A stretch of 62,552 nt of DNA from a bacterium. Its GTDB lineage: Bacteria; Chloroflexota; Dormibacteria; Aeolococcales; Aeolococcaceae. The stretch's first letter is position 1; every line of letters starts with the position of its first letter. Below the pieces are notes generated by a model. It did no database searches and had not been told where the DNA came from. It worked only from the letters and a program-made list of their open reading frames with translations. Both the position numbers and the translations under genes were made by a program. Positions 1-8,845 of this stretch are shown here, in pieces. The stretch spans positions 1 to 62,552 of the forward strand of contig JACWAJ010000048.1 of NCBI GenBank assembly GCA_014874355.1, read 5' to 3'.

Positions 1-147
1 CACCTGGAGCGTTAGGTCGACGGGTTGAGCGTGGACGGCCGGACATGGCACCATTCTATCACCTTTGGTGATGAGAATATTCATTCTCATCAGTTACACG
101 AATGGCTGATTCGCGCCGCCACTTCGCCGGAGCGGCTGCCTCGACGC

Positions 148-408
148 TCAGCGAACCTCGACGAGTAGCCGGATCCCGGTACGTTCCTCGCCGTTGATCG
201 AGATGTCGATGAAGGAAGGAATGCACACCAGTTCGATGCCTCCGGGCGCAACGTAGCCCCGGGAGATCGCAATCGCCTTGATCGCCTGGTTTACGGCCCC
301 GGCTCCGATCGCCTGTATCTCGACCTTGCTCTGGGTACGGATCACCCCGGCAATTGCACCCGCGACGGCCAGAGGCTTGCTGTTGGCAGAGACTTTGAGA
401 ACTTCCAC
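148..408 (-). CDS. spoVS: Stage V sporulation protein S (SpoVS family)
   Basis: 86-aa ORF with a GTG start. MEVLKVSANSKPLAVAGAIAG...IGAGAVNQAIKAIAISRGY matches the highly conserved SpoVS sequence. It lies next to rny, as in the Bacillus rny...spoVS neighbourhood. Confidence 0.9.
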   Translation of the reverse strand: MEVLKVSANSKPLAVAGAIAGVIRTQSKVEIQAIGAGAVNQAIKAIAISRGYVAPGGIELVCIPSFIDISINGEERTGIRLLVEVR

Positions 409-570
409 TTAGGTGATCGTCCCTCTAATCGGAAACCGGTGCGAGAATTATTGCTGCGACAAATACTTTGATGTTTCCCGAGTCTTATGTCCTGACAAGC
501 CTCTTAGTGGCTGTGCGACATAATCGTTACGGTTGCAGCTAGAAAATGTTGGGACAGCGTTGTAAAAAGC

Positions 571-2115
571 CTACTTGGCGTACTCGACGCTACGCGTCTC
601 GCGCAATACGACCACTTTTATACGGCCTCCATAGCTGCCCTCCGCGTGCAGGCGGCGAGCGATTTGCCGGGCCAGGATCTGCGCATGGTCGTCGTCCACG
701 GCCTCGGGGCGGACCATGACCCGGATTTCCTTGCCGGATTGGAGGGCAAAGGCACGTTCAACACCCGCGAAACTGGTGGCTATGTCTTCTAGCTTCTCAA
801 TATGCTTGATCGACGCCGCCAATGCCTCACGACGAGCGCCCCGACGGGAGGCCGAGATGGCGTCTGCGGTCATGAGAATAAAGGCCCCGACGCTGCGGGG
901 TTCCTCGTCATAGTGGTGGCTGCGTACGGCGTGGACGACGGTCGCAGGGCGGCCCAGGCGGCTTAGGATCTCGGCGCCGATGAAGGCATGGGAACCTTCG
1001 ATTTCGTGCTCGGCAGCCTTGCCGATGTCGTGGAAGAGTCCGGCCTCCTTGGCCGCTTGTTCGTCGTAGCCGATCTCGGCCGCGATCATCCCGCACAGTG
1101 CCGCGGTCTCCTTGCTGTGCGCGAGGATGTTCTGGCCGTAGCTGTGGCGAAAGCGCAGTGTGCCGAGCAACGTCTGCAGTTCTGGGTGGACATTGGGCAG
1201 CCCCAACTCCTGGCACGCGGCCTCGCCCTCCTCGCGAATCCGCTGGCCCACTTCGGCCCTTGTCTTGGCAACCATCTCCTCGATGCGGGCGGGATGGATG
1301 CGGCCGTCGGCAAACAGGCGTTCCAGCGTCACGCGTGCGACCTCACGGCGTACCGGGTCGAAGGCGGAAAGGACAATGGCCTCGGGAGTGTCATCGACAA
1401 TGACGTCGACGCCGGTGGCGGCTTCCAAAGCGCGGATATTGCGCCCCTCACGGCCGATGATCCGACCCTTGAGTTCATCGCTGGGGATGTGCATGACCGT
1501 GACGGATGCTTCCCCTGCCTCGTCCGACGAGTAACGCTGCATCGTCAAAGAAAGGACGTGGCGGGCGCGTTCGTCGGCCTCTTCTCGAACGCGCTTGTCG
1601 GCGTCTCGAATGCGCTCTGCTATCTCGGCGCTGATCTCTCCATCGACCTCGGCGAGGAGCTCGGCGCGGGCGGCATCTTGGCTCAGGTTGGCGATACGCT
1701 CAAGTTCGGTGTCAACCCGGGCTCGCTCGCTCGTGAGTTGTTCACGCTGTTCTGTCAACTCCGCCTCGCGGCGCCCCAGTTTCTGCTCGCCTGTATCGAT
1801 CTCCCGTCGCCGACGCTCCAGGATCTCCTCGCGCTGATCGGCACGCTGTTCGGCACGGACCACCTCGGTGCGCCGCTCGCGGACCTCGGCCTCGGCCTCA
1901 GCACGCAGCCGGAGGGCCTCCTCCTTTGCCGCCAGGATGATCGACTGACGCTCCTGCTCGGCGCTGCCGCGTACCGCACTTGCTTGCTGGGCCAGATTGG
2001 CGTCGGATGTGCGCGCGTCACCGAGCCGGATACGAGCGTAGACGAGGACCGCGATCGAGAGGATTAGGAGTGCGCCGACGGCCGCAAGTAGGACCAGAAG
2101 GTCTGTAGTGTTGAT
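571..2115 (-). CDS. rny: Ribonuclease Y (membrane-anchored KH + HD endoribonuclease)
   Basis: KH motif GRIIGREGRNIRALE and HD domain (HSKETAALCG...LFHDIGKA). The ORF track starts at GTG 1863 (430 aa), but the frame stays open for 84 more codons. Those codons encode the expected N-terminal TM helix (LLVLLAAVGALLILSIAVLVY) and a coiled coil. There is no ATG, GTG or TTG in that stretch, so I placed the start at ATC 2115, which is preceded by GAGGA. CTG 2097 is an alternative. Confidence 0.9.
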   Translation of the reverse strand: MNTTDLLVLLAAVGALLILSIAVLVYARIRLGDARTSDANLAQQASAVRGSAEQERQSIILAAKEEALRLRAEAEAEVRERRTEVVRAEQRADQREEILERRRREIDTGEQKLGRREAELTEQREQLTSERARVDTELERIANLSQDAARAELLAEVDGEISAEIAERIRDADKRVREEADERARHVLSLTMQRYSSDEAGEASVTVMHIPSDELKGRIIGREGRNIRALEAATGVDVIVDDTPEAIVLSAFDPVRREVARVTLERLFADGRIHPARIEEMVAKTRAEVGQRIREEGEAACQELGLPNVHPELQTLLGTLRFRHSYGQNILAHSKETAALCGMIAAEIGYDEQAAKEAGLFHDIGKAAEHEIEGSHAFIGAEILSRLGRPATVVHAVRSHHYDEEPRSVGAFILMTADAISASRRGARREALAASIKHIEKLEDIATSFAGVERAFALQSGKEIRVMVRPEAVDDDHAQILARQIARRLHAEGSYGGRIKVVVLRETRSVEYAK

Positions 2116-2198
2116 GGATTTTCCTCGGAGTTATTACGAAAGAGAGGTGCCGACACCTCAGCCAAGCGCCGGTCTGCAGTGAAGGGCACGACCGTCCA

Positions 2199-3671
2199 AT
2201 GGGCATCTTGGACGGTGCACTAAGACCGGAGGAGCCCGGTGCTCCACCGCAACCCGTGCAAAGCATTGTAAGGGTCGGCGGCATGCATGGGGTAACCTTG
2301 GCTGAAATGCACGGCAACTTTGTGGACGCTGACCCTATCGGCGGAGTGGTGCCGTCCCACTCTGTCGATGCTGCACCTGTCCCCCACGCATCCAAATCGT
2401 CGCTCGACACAGCTGCAGATCTCGAACACGAACTGATTGCCGAGCGTCCGGTCGCCATCGGCGCGTTGCTCACCGCCACCGCACTGCTTCGCATCGGGAC
2501 CGTCGGAGCCAGCCTCTCAGTGGGTTTTGAACTAGTCGACCGCGGTCGTGTCGACCCTCGCATCATCGGGATTGTGGGTTCGATCAATCTGGTTTCCGAA
2601 CTCATCTTCGCACCCATACTGGCGCGCTTCGCAGATCGCTTCGGACGCACACGGTTTCTGATCGGGGGGCCACTGGTGGGCGCGCTGGGTTTGATCCTGC
2701 TGACGTTCGCGACCCGTCCGTTTTGGATGGCCTCATCGCGGCTCTTGGAGGGGATTGCGGCTGCGGCATTCGTGCCGACCGCGCTTGGAACCATCGCCGC
2801 CGCCACCAGCCACAGCACCAAGGTGCGGTCCAATGCCGGTGGTGCATTTGAGGCTTGCACCCTGGCGGGGTACGCCGTTGGAGGTCTGCTTTCCGGCTTC
2901 GTCCACCACTGGACCCACCGCTATTCGTTCCTTGTATTCGCCTTCTTCTATGTCGCGGCCGCGCTTGTCTGCTGGCACTGGATTCCGAGGGTGCCGCCGT
3001 TGCCGGTAAGTCCGATCCGTGCCATCGTTCGTGCCGTCCTCAGTCGCGGACCGATCCGCACCTTCCTGCCCGCATGGTTGGCGACATTCGCGGCCATCGG
3101 TGCCATGCTCGTCAACATGCCGCCGCTGCTGAAGAGTGGCGCGGCAGCTCAGTCAGGGCAGTTGCTTGCTCATCGTCTCGACGAGAGGTTGGTCTCGGAG
3201 TTCATCACGGCAGGTCTCCTGTTGCTCGTCGTCGGGATAGCCCTCTGGACGCCACTGCTGATCCGCATCGGCGCAGCCCGGACGATGCGTCGAGCCATCC
3301 CTGGCGCATGGGTGTTTTGCGCGGGACTGTTAGCTCTAAACCACACGTCAATGGACGCCACGGCGAGTTTTGTGCTCGTACTTGTCGCGGGCATTCTCAT
3401 CCTGTCCGGGTTCGGCCCGGCGGCGGTGGTCTACTTGGCGGAGTGTTCCGAGACCTTCGTGGCGGACCGATCTGCGCTTATGGCCTTCTATACGCTGACA
3501 CTGGCAGCGGGTGGGCTGGTCGGCGGCATCGTCGGTGGTTTCGCGGCAAACTGGCTGCAGATTGACGGACTCACGGCGCTGTGTGTGGGACTGTCGGTAT
3601 TCGCCTTTGTCGCGCTCAGTCGCGTCGTGAGCTACGAACGTGCCCTGGTTCGCGACTTCGATGGTGACTAA
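2199..3671 (+). CDS. MFS-type transporter (start uncertain, may be further downstream)
   Basis: 490-aa ORF with about 12 hydrophobic spans. It has the MFS loop motif-like FADRFGRTRFL between TM2 and TM3. The first roughly 80 aa are non-hydrophobic, so the true start may be internal. Confidence 0.7.
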   Translation: MGILDGALRPEEPGAPPQPVQSIVRVGGMHGVTLAEMHGNFVDADPIGGVVPSHSVDAAPVPHASKSSLDTAADLEHELIAERPVAIGALLTATALLRIGTVGASLSVGFELVDRGRVDPRIIGIVGSINLVSELIFAPILARFADRFGRTRFLIGGPLVGALGLILLTFATRPFWMASSRLLEGIAAAAFVPTALGTIAAATSHSTKVRSNAGGAFEACTLAGYAVGGLLSGFVHHWTHRYSFLVFAFFYVAAALVCWHWIPRVPPLPVSPIRAIVRAVLSRGPIRTFLPAWLATFAAIGAMLVNMPPLLKSGAAAQSGQLLAHRLDERLVSEFITAGLLLLVVGIALWTPLLIRIGAARTMRRAIPGAWVFCAGLLALNHTSMDATASFVLVLVAGILILSGFGPAAVVYLAECSETFVADRSALMAFYTLTLAAGGLVGGIVGGFAANWLQIDGLTALCVGLSVFAFVALSRVVSYERALVRDFDGD

Positions 3672-3677
3672 CCGTAT

Positions 3678-4214
3678 TCACTGAACTGCGAGCCGGCGCA
3701 GTACCTCGGCGATGATATCGCCGCCAAAGCCACGACGTTGCAATTGACCGGCCACGCGGCGACGTAGACGCATTAGCTCGGGCGCCGTGGTGGCGCCATG
3801 TCGCCAGGTGCGGCGCGCCACGCTGAGCGCCAGGTCGATATCCAACGTGCTGTCGATGGTGCCAAGTGCGGTTTCGATCGCGTTGGCGTCGATCTGACGG
3901 GACCGGAGTTCGGCCGCGATGCGGGCGCGCCCGTGTCCGCTGTGCTGGCTACGCCGGACTATCGAGGTCGCGAACGCGGTGTCGTCGACATAGCCGAACT
4001 CGACCATCCGTGCCACCACGGCGGCAACGGTTTCCGCGGAGAAGCCCCGCCTTCGCAAACGCGCTGCGAGCCCGGCCGACGATTGCGCCGCAGCGTTGAG
4101 GATGCGAACCGCGACTTCACCTGCGGCCTCGATGTCGTCGGGGTCGCAGGGGGGCGCCTGCGAGCGCCTCCCTGCCGATCCCAGGTGAGATGCCATGACT
4201 AGGTGGCGGGTCAA
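3678..4214 (-). CDS. recX: Recombination regulator RecX
   Basis: Three-repeat helical pattern ([30 protein letters not shown]..., ...[20 protein letters not shown]..., [16 protein letters not shown]). The TTG start overlaps the recA stop (TTGA). An alternative ATG lies at 4196. Confidence 0.85.
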   Translation of the reverse strand: MTRHLVMASHLGSAGRRSQAPPCDPDDIEAAGEVAVRILNAAAQSSAGLAARLRRRGFSAETVAAVVARMVEFGYVDDTAFATSIVRRSQHSGHGRARIAAELRSRQIDANAIETALGTIDSTLDIDLALSVARRTWRHGATTAPELMRLRRRVAGQLQRRGFGGDIIAEVLRRLAVQ

Positions 4215-5284
4215 CCCACCGGCACGGGTGGAGAGATCCCGTTCTCAGATGGGGTGCCGGAGGCCTCGACAGAGGGGGGGTCAGTAGGCGCTGCAATCTG
4301 CGGGAGCAGATTGCAGCGTACCTTGGCGGCAAGTTCCTTGAGCAGGTCGGGGTTCTGCCGCAGGAAGTCGCGAACATTCTCCCGCCCCTGTCCGAGTCGA
4401 GTCTCTCCATAGGCGAACCAGGAGCCACTCTTCTCGATGATGCGTGCGTCGATAGCCATGTCGAGAACGCTGCCCGCGTACGAGATCCCCTCGTTGTAGA
4501 GGATGTCGAACTCGGCGTTGCGGAACGGTGGCGCCACTTTGTTCTTGACGACCTTCACTTTGACCCGGCTGCCGATGACATCCAGTCCCTGCTTGAGGGA
4601 TTCGATCTTGCGGATGTCCATTCGTACCGAAGCGTAGAACTTCAGCGCTCGACCGCCGGTGGTGGTTTCGGGGTTGCCGAACATGACGCCGATCTTCTCG
4701 CGCAGTTGGTTGATGAAGATGAGCGACGTGTTGGAACGGCTGATGGCTGCAGTCAGTTTGCGCATGGCTTGCGACATGAGCCGAGCCTGGAGCCCGACGT
4801 GGCTGTCCCCCATTTCCCCATCGATCTCCGCCTTGGGGACCAGCGCCGCCACCGAGTCGACGACGACGACGTCGACAGCTCCGCTACGGATCAACACCTC
4901 GACGATTTCAAGCGCCTGTTCGCCGGTGTCCGGCTGCGAGATCAGCAACTCGTCGATGTTGACCCCGATCTTGGCCGCGTACTGCGGGTCGAGAGCATGC
5001 TCGGCGTCGATGAACGCCGCCACTCCCCCACTCTTCTGCGCCTCGGCGATGACGTGCAAGGTCAGAGTGGTCTTGCCTGACGACTCCGGCCCGTAGATCT
5101 CCACGATGCGGCCTCGGGGCACGCCGCCGATTCCAAGTGCGATATCGAGCGTCAAGGCTCCGGTCGAGATGAACTCCACACGCTGAGTCTGCGCTTCGCC
5201 GAGGCGCATGATGGCCCCCTTGCCATGGGCGCGTTCGATCTGGCTGAGGGCGGTACTGAGCGCCCGGTCGCGTTCTGTCGTCAA
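4211..5284 (-). CDS. recA: Recombinase RecA
   Basis: Walker [11 protein letters not shown] and the characteristic [18 protein letters not shown] and [32 protein letters not shown] motifs. The maximal ORF reaches TTG 5365. I prefer TTG 5284, which is preceded by AAGGAGAGAGAGG, because it gives the usual N-terminus [17 protein letters not shown]. Confidence 0.95.
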   Translation of the reverse strand: MTTERDRALSTALSQIERAHGKGAIMRLGEAQTQRVEFISTGALTLDIALGIGGVPRGRIVEIYGPESSGKTTLTLHVIAEAQKSGGVAAFIDAEHALDPQYAAKIGVNIDELLISQPDTGEQALEIVEVLIRSGAVDVVVVDSVAALVPKAEIDGEMGDSHVGLQARLMSQAMRKLTAAISRSNTSLIFINQLREKIGVMFGNPETTTGGRALKFYASVRMDIRKIESLKQGLDVIGSRVKVKVVKNKVAPPFRNAEFDILYNEGISYAGSVLDMAIDARIIEKSGSWFAYGETRLGQGRENVRDFLRQNPDLLKELAAKVRCNLLPQIAAPTDPPSVEASGTPSENGISPPVPVG

Positions 5285-5398
5285 CGCCTCTCTCTCCTTG
5301 GCGGCCCGCCGCCCGTTCACTTCAATGACTGCGTTGATGCTACTACGAGTTTGTGTGCTTGTCAAAACTGTAACCTCGACGTGAGTGCGGTGCGCTAC

Positions 5399-5412
5399 CG
5401 AACAGATGTACG
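5399..5412. promoter_or_regulatory. Candidate LexA (SOS/Cheo-type) box upstream of recA
   Basis: CGAACAGATGTACG is GAAC-N4-GTAC, one mismatch from the Gram-positive GAAC-N4-GTTC consensus. It lies in the recA upstream intergenic region. Confidence 0.4.
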
Positions 5413-5480
5413 GACTGTACTCGGACTCGCCAGGAATAGCAACTCCGACGGTTGCGCGCCAGACGCTTGGGTTATGCTGT

Positions 5481-6410
5481 TCACTCGATAGTCGGCTTCG
5501 GATCGAGTGCCAGAAGTTGCGTCGGCGCGGTGGCCCGCACCGGGTCGCTCTTGTCGGCGTGCGCTTCTATGTACGCACACAGCTTGGCAATGGCCTCATC
5601 CTGCACGGCCAGGTGGCGCTGCAGTTGCAGACACTCCTGGAGCACGGCCTCGGCGTCGAGAAAGGTCTGCTCGGCTCTGTGGTCGCCAGCTTTTCCGAGC
5701 ACGTCCTGCCCCACCATGATGACGAACTCAAGAATCAACTGAAGCAGGCTGGAGACAAACAGCAGGAACGCGAAGGGGTAGGGATCGAACTGGATCACAT
5801 GGGTTGCGGCCAGGGCGATCCAACCGAATTGGACTGCACCCGCCGCATAGAACGCCCACATGGATGTGGCGCCACGTGTCATCCGCGCGGCGATCCTGCC
5901 ATTGAAGCCGACAAGTTCGTCTTTTACGCGAGGCGCCTTGATCGCCTTGCGCTTCTCGATCCACGGATGATGCTCGGTCTCGACCAGCGCCATGCCTTGG
6001 TTGAGGGTCTTGTCCTGCGCGTGAAGGTGGTCGTTGAGCGAGATGACATCGTGGAGGATGGCTTCGGCGTCGAGGTAGGTCTGCTCCGCGCGCTTGTCCG
6101 CGGCCTGACCCAACACCCCCTGCCCGACCAGGATCACGAAGATGAGCATCAGTTCGACGACATTGGCGACGGCGAGGAGGAACGGGAAGGGGTATGGGTC
6201 GATGTGATGGAGTACCCCCCACGTTCCCAGCACCATCCAGCTGATGATCACGGTGCACGTGAAGTACACGGACCACATCGAGCCGACGCCCTTGGTCATC
6301 ACCGCGGCGATCTTGGCGTTGCGGCCAATGCGTAGGTCGGCGGCCTTGGGCGGGTGCTGGTGCTGCCGCTCCTTGGCGTGTGGGTGGGGAACGTAGGTGT
6401 ATGTACTCAT
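5481..6410 (-). CDS. Membrane protein with two tandem DUF1003-like modules
   Basis: Two internally homologous halves. Each has a 2-TM block containing DPYPF(P/A)FLL, followed by ...VGQ.VLG.A.D.RAEQT(Y/F)LDAEA.L and a coiled coil. The likely start is ATG 6410 or 6416 ([11 protein letters not shown]...). The track ORF extends to 6515. Confidence 0.7.
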   Translation of the reverse strand: MSTYTYVPHPHAKERQHQHPPKAADLRIGRNAKIAAVMTKGVGSMWSVYFTCTVIISWMVLGTWGVLHHIDPYPFPFLLAVANVVELMLIFVILVGQGVLGQAADKRAEQTYLDAEAILHDVISLNDHLHAQDKTLNQGMALVETEHHPWIEKRKAIKAPRVKDELVGFNGRIAARMTRGATSMWAFYAAGAVQFGWIALAATHVIQFDPYPFAFLLFVSSLLQLILEFVIMVGQDVLGKAGDHRAEQTFLDAEAVLQECLQLQRHLAVQDEAIAKLCAYIEAHADKSDPVRATAPTQLLALDPKPTIE

Positions 6411-6513
6411 AGGCATAAGGATACATATGGATCGCACAGTGTTCCTGTGTTGCGCTAGGTCGCGCGCTTGTCGACCCGGCCGGCGTACAAGAGAAAAGCT
6501 ATGCTCGACTCCC

Positions 6514-7059
6514 ATGTTCTATGTCAAGTTCTTCGCTCCCGTCACGCAGCAATCGGTCGTCGCCTTGATGCACGCCGTCGGTGCCAAGCTTCGCGAGGGG
6601 CACACGGAAATGGGCCTGCTCATCTCGACTCCGGGTGGCGACGTCACGTCGGGGCTGACCGCATACAACTACCTTCGGGGCATCCCCCTCAAGGTAACCA
6701 CCCACAATTTCGGCAGCGCCGACTCCATCGGCGCGGTGATCTTCTGCGCCGGTTCCCGGCGGTTCTCAGTACCCCACGCCCGGTTCCTGATCCACGGCGT
6801 GGCCATGAGCTTCAATCAATCCGTCGTTCTCGAGGAGCAACAACTCGAGGAACGTCTCAAGAGCCTGCGCATCGACATGGGCAATGTCGCCCAGGTCATC
6901 GCCGACACCGTGGGCAAGACGCGCGATCAGGTCATGGCGGACATGCTGGCCCGCAACACGCTCTACCCCGACCAGGCCATCGAGTACGGCCTGATCCACG
7001 AGATCCGATCCGAACTGTTCCCGCCCGGGTCTGACGTCTCGTCAGTCGAGATGTCCTGA
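6514..7059 (+). CDS. ClpP/S14-like serine peptidase family protein (stand-alone)
   Basis: LLISTPGGDVTSGLTAYNYL, the Ser motif FGSADSIGAVIF, the His motif RFLIHGV and a C-terminal AIEYGLIHEI all match the ClpP-fold pattern. The start was trimmed to ATG 6514 (MFYVKFFAPV). Confidence 0.65.
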   Translation: MFYVKFFAPVTQQSVVALMHAVGAKLREGHTEMGLLISTPGGDVTSGLTAYNYLRGIPLKVTTHNFGSADSIGAVIFCAGSRRFSVPHARFLIHGVAMSFNQSVVLEEQQLEERLKSLRIDMGNVAQVIADTVGKTRDQVMADMLARNTLYPDQAIEYGLIHEIRSELFPPGSDVSSVEMS

Positions 7060-7069
7060 GGCGACTGGA

Positions 7070-8845
7070 CTAGGCTCGCGGCCGGCGCAACTGGATCCCA
7101 AGCTCTTTGAGTTGGGAGTCATCTACTGGAGCGGGCGCCATGGTCATCAATTCCTGGGCCTGCTGGTTCTTGGGGAAGGCGACGACGTCGCGGATGTTCT
7201 CTTCGCCCAACCCTTCCATTACAAGCCGGTCGATACCGGCCGCAAAGCCACCGTGTGGCGGCACTCCGTATTCGAAGGCGTCCAGTAGGAATCCGAACTT
7301 GCGCTGTGCCTCATCGTCGTCGATGCCAATCGCGCGAAAGACGCGGCGTTGCATCACCGGATCGGTGATGCGGATGGAGCCGCTGCCCACCTCCCGTCCG
7401 TTGATGACAATGTCGTAGGCACGGGAGCGCACTGACAGGGGCTCTGAATCCAGCCGATCGATGTCGTCTGGGTGAATCTGGGTGAACGGGTGGTGGGTGG
7501 GCGAAACCTGTCCCGTCGCCTCGTCCTGTTCGAACAAGGGGAAGTCGGTGACCCAGAGGATGTCGATGCGCTCGGGATCGTAGAGATGCAGTTGCCGGCC
7601 GAGGTGGTTGCGCAGTGCCCCGAGTGCGGCGGACACCACCGACGACCTGTCGGCCACCATGAGGACTGCGTCGCCGACAGTTGCGCCGCAGATGTCACCG
7701 ATGGCACTCAAGTCGGCCTCGCTGAAGAACTTGACGATGTGACCCTGCCAGCCGTCGGCGGTGTTCCAGAGGTACGCCAGACCCTTGGCACCAAGGCCTT
7801 TCACAACATCGGTCAGTTCACCCTCGATGTGTGTCCGGTGCATGTCGGCGCCACTCTTGACGCACAGCGCCTTGACCATACCGCTCTTGGCGACAGCTTC
7901 GGCAAAGACGCGGAAACCTGAGGTTCTGGCCACCTCGGTGAGGTCGCAGAGTTCCATCCCGAAACGGGTGTCGGGCTTGTCGGCGCCAAAACGCCGCATC
8001 GAGTCGGCGTGGGTCAGTCGCGGAAAAGGCGTGGGGATACTGCCACGAAAACCGCTCTTGTGCCAGGCGTAGGCGATGGTGCGCTCCAACGCGGCGAACA
8101 CGTCGTCTTCGTCGACGAAACTCATCTCGATGTCTAGTTGAGTGAACTCCGGCTGACGGTCGGCGCGCAGATCTTCGTCCCGCATGCAGTGGGCCATTTG
8201 GAAGTAGCGGTCGAATCCTGCCACCATGCATAGCTGCTTGTAGATCTGAGGTGACTGCGGCAGCGCATAAACGGAGCCCGGGAATACGCGGCTGGGAACG
8301 AGATAATCGCGAGCGCCCTCTGGGGTGGCACGCACCATCATCGGCGTTTCGATCTCCACGAAGTTCTGCTCGTTCATTGCCTCGCGAAGTCCGTTGATGA
8401 AACCCGCGCGAGCTTTGAGCGTGCGCTGCAGGCGAGTGCGGCGCAGGTCGAGGTAGCGGTACTGCAAGCGCAGTTTCTCGTCGACCTCGGAATCTTCGTT
8501 GACGGGGAACGGCGGCGTCTTGGCTTGTGACAGCACGCTGCACGCCGTCGCGTGCAGTTCCACCTCGCCGGTTTCGCGATTTTGATTGATGTTCTTTGCG
8601 TCGCGAAGGCGCAGTTCGCCCTCGATGCGAACAACCCACTCCAGGCGCACATTTTGCAGCGCGTCATGGACGCTGGGTGCTGTGGCTGGGTTGACGACCA
8701 CCTGGACAATTCCCGAGGTGTCGCGGATGTCGAGGAAGATCAGTCCGCCGTGATCGCGCCGGCGATCGACCCAGCCGTATATGACCATCCACTTGCCGGC
8801 GTCGGTCGCCCTGGGTTCACCACAACGAGTTCTTTCCGTGCTCAC
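7070..8845 (-). CDS. aspS: Aspartate--tRNA ligase
   Basis: Bacterial class IIb AspRS: OB-fold N-terminus (GWVDRRRDHGGLIFLDIRD), motif 2 FRDEDLRADRQPEFTQLD, and motif 3 GGFAAGIDRLVM. GTG 8845 overlaps the hisS stop (GTGA) and is preceded by GGAGGAGAGGGGG. The track ORF starts at 8866. Confidence 0.95.
   Translation of the reverse strand: MSTERTRCGEPRATDAGKWMVIYGWVDRRRDHGGLIFLDIRDTSGIVQVVVNPATAPSVHDALQNVRLEWVVRIEGELRLRDAKNINQNRETGEVELHATACSVLSQAKTPPFPVNEDSEVDEKLRLQYRYLDLRRTRLQRTLKARAGFINGLREAMNEQNFVEIETPMMVRATPEGARDYLVPSRVFPGSVYALPQSPQIYKQLCMVAGFDRYFQMAHCMRDEDLRADRQPEFTQLDIEMSFVDEDDVFAALERTIAYAWHKSGFRGSIPTPFPRLTHADSMRRFGADKPDTRFGMELCDLTEVARTSGFRVFAEAVAKSGMVKALCVKSGADMHRTHIEGELTDVVKGLGAKGLAYLWNTADGWQGHIVKFFSEADLSAIGDICGATVGDAVLMVADRSSVVSAALGALRNHLGRQLHLYDPERIDILWVTDFPLFEQDEATGQVSPTHHPFTQIHPDDIDRLDSEPLSVRSRAYDIVINGREVGSGSIRITDPVMQRRVFRAIGIDDDEAQRKFGFLLDAFEYGVPPHGGFAAGIDRLVMEGLGEENIRDVVAFPKNQQAQELMTMAPAPVDDSQLKELGIQLRRPRA

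Noticed and set aside
90-272. 60-aa minus-strand ORF overlapping spoVS in another frame.
   Set aside because: SpoVS is unambiguous, and the overlapping frame is Arg/Ser-rich noise.
988-2067. 359-aa plus-strand ORF antisense to rny. Similar long antisense ORFs occur at 25980-27266 (428 aa), 27435-28628 (397 aa), 60965-62353 (462 aa), 55266-56000, 57267-58274 and others.
   Set aside because: Each lies opposite a confidently identified housekeeping gene. Their composition is Arg/Gly/Ala/Pro-rich and low in complexity, with no recognisable motifs and no Shine-Dalgarno sequence. This is the expected shadow-ORF artefact of a genome with more than 60% GC.
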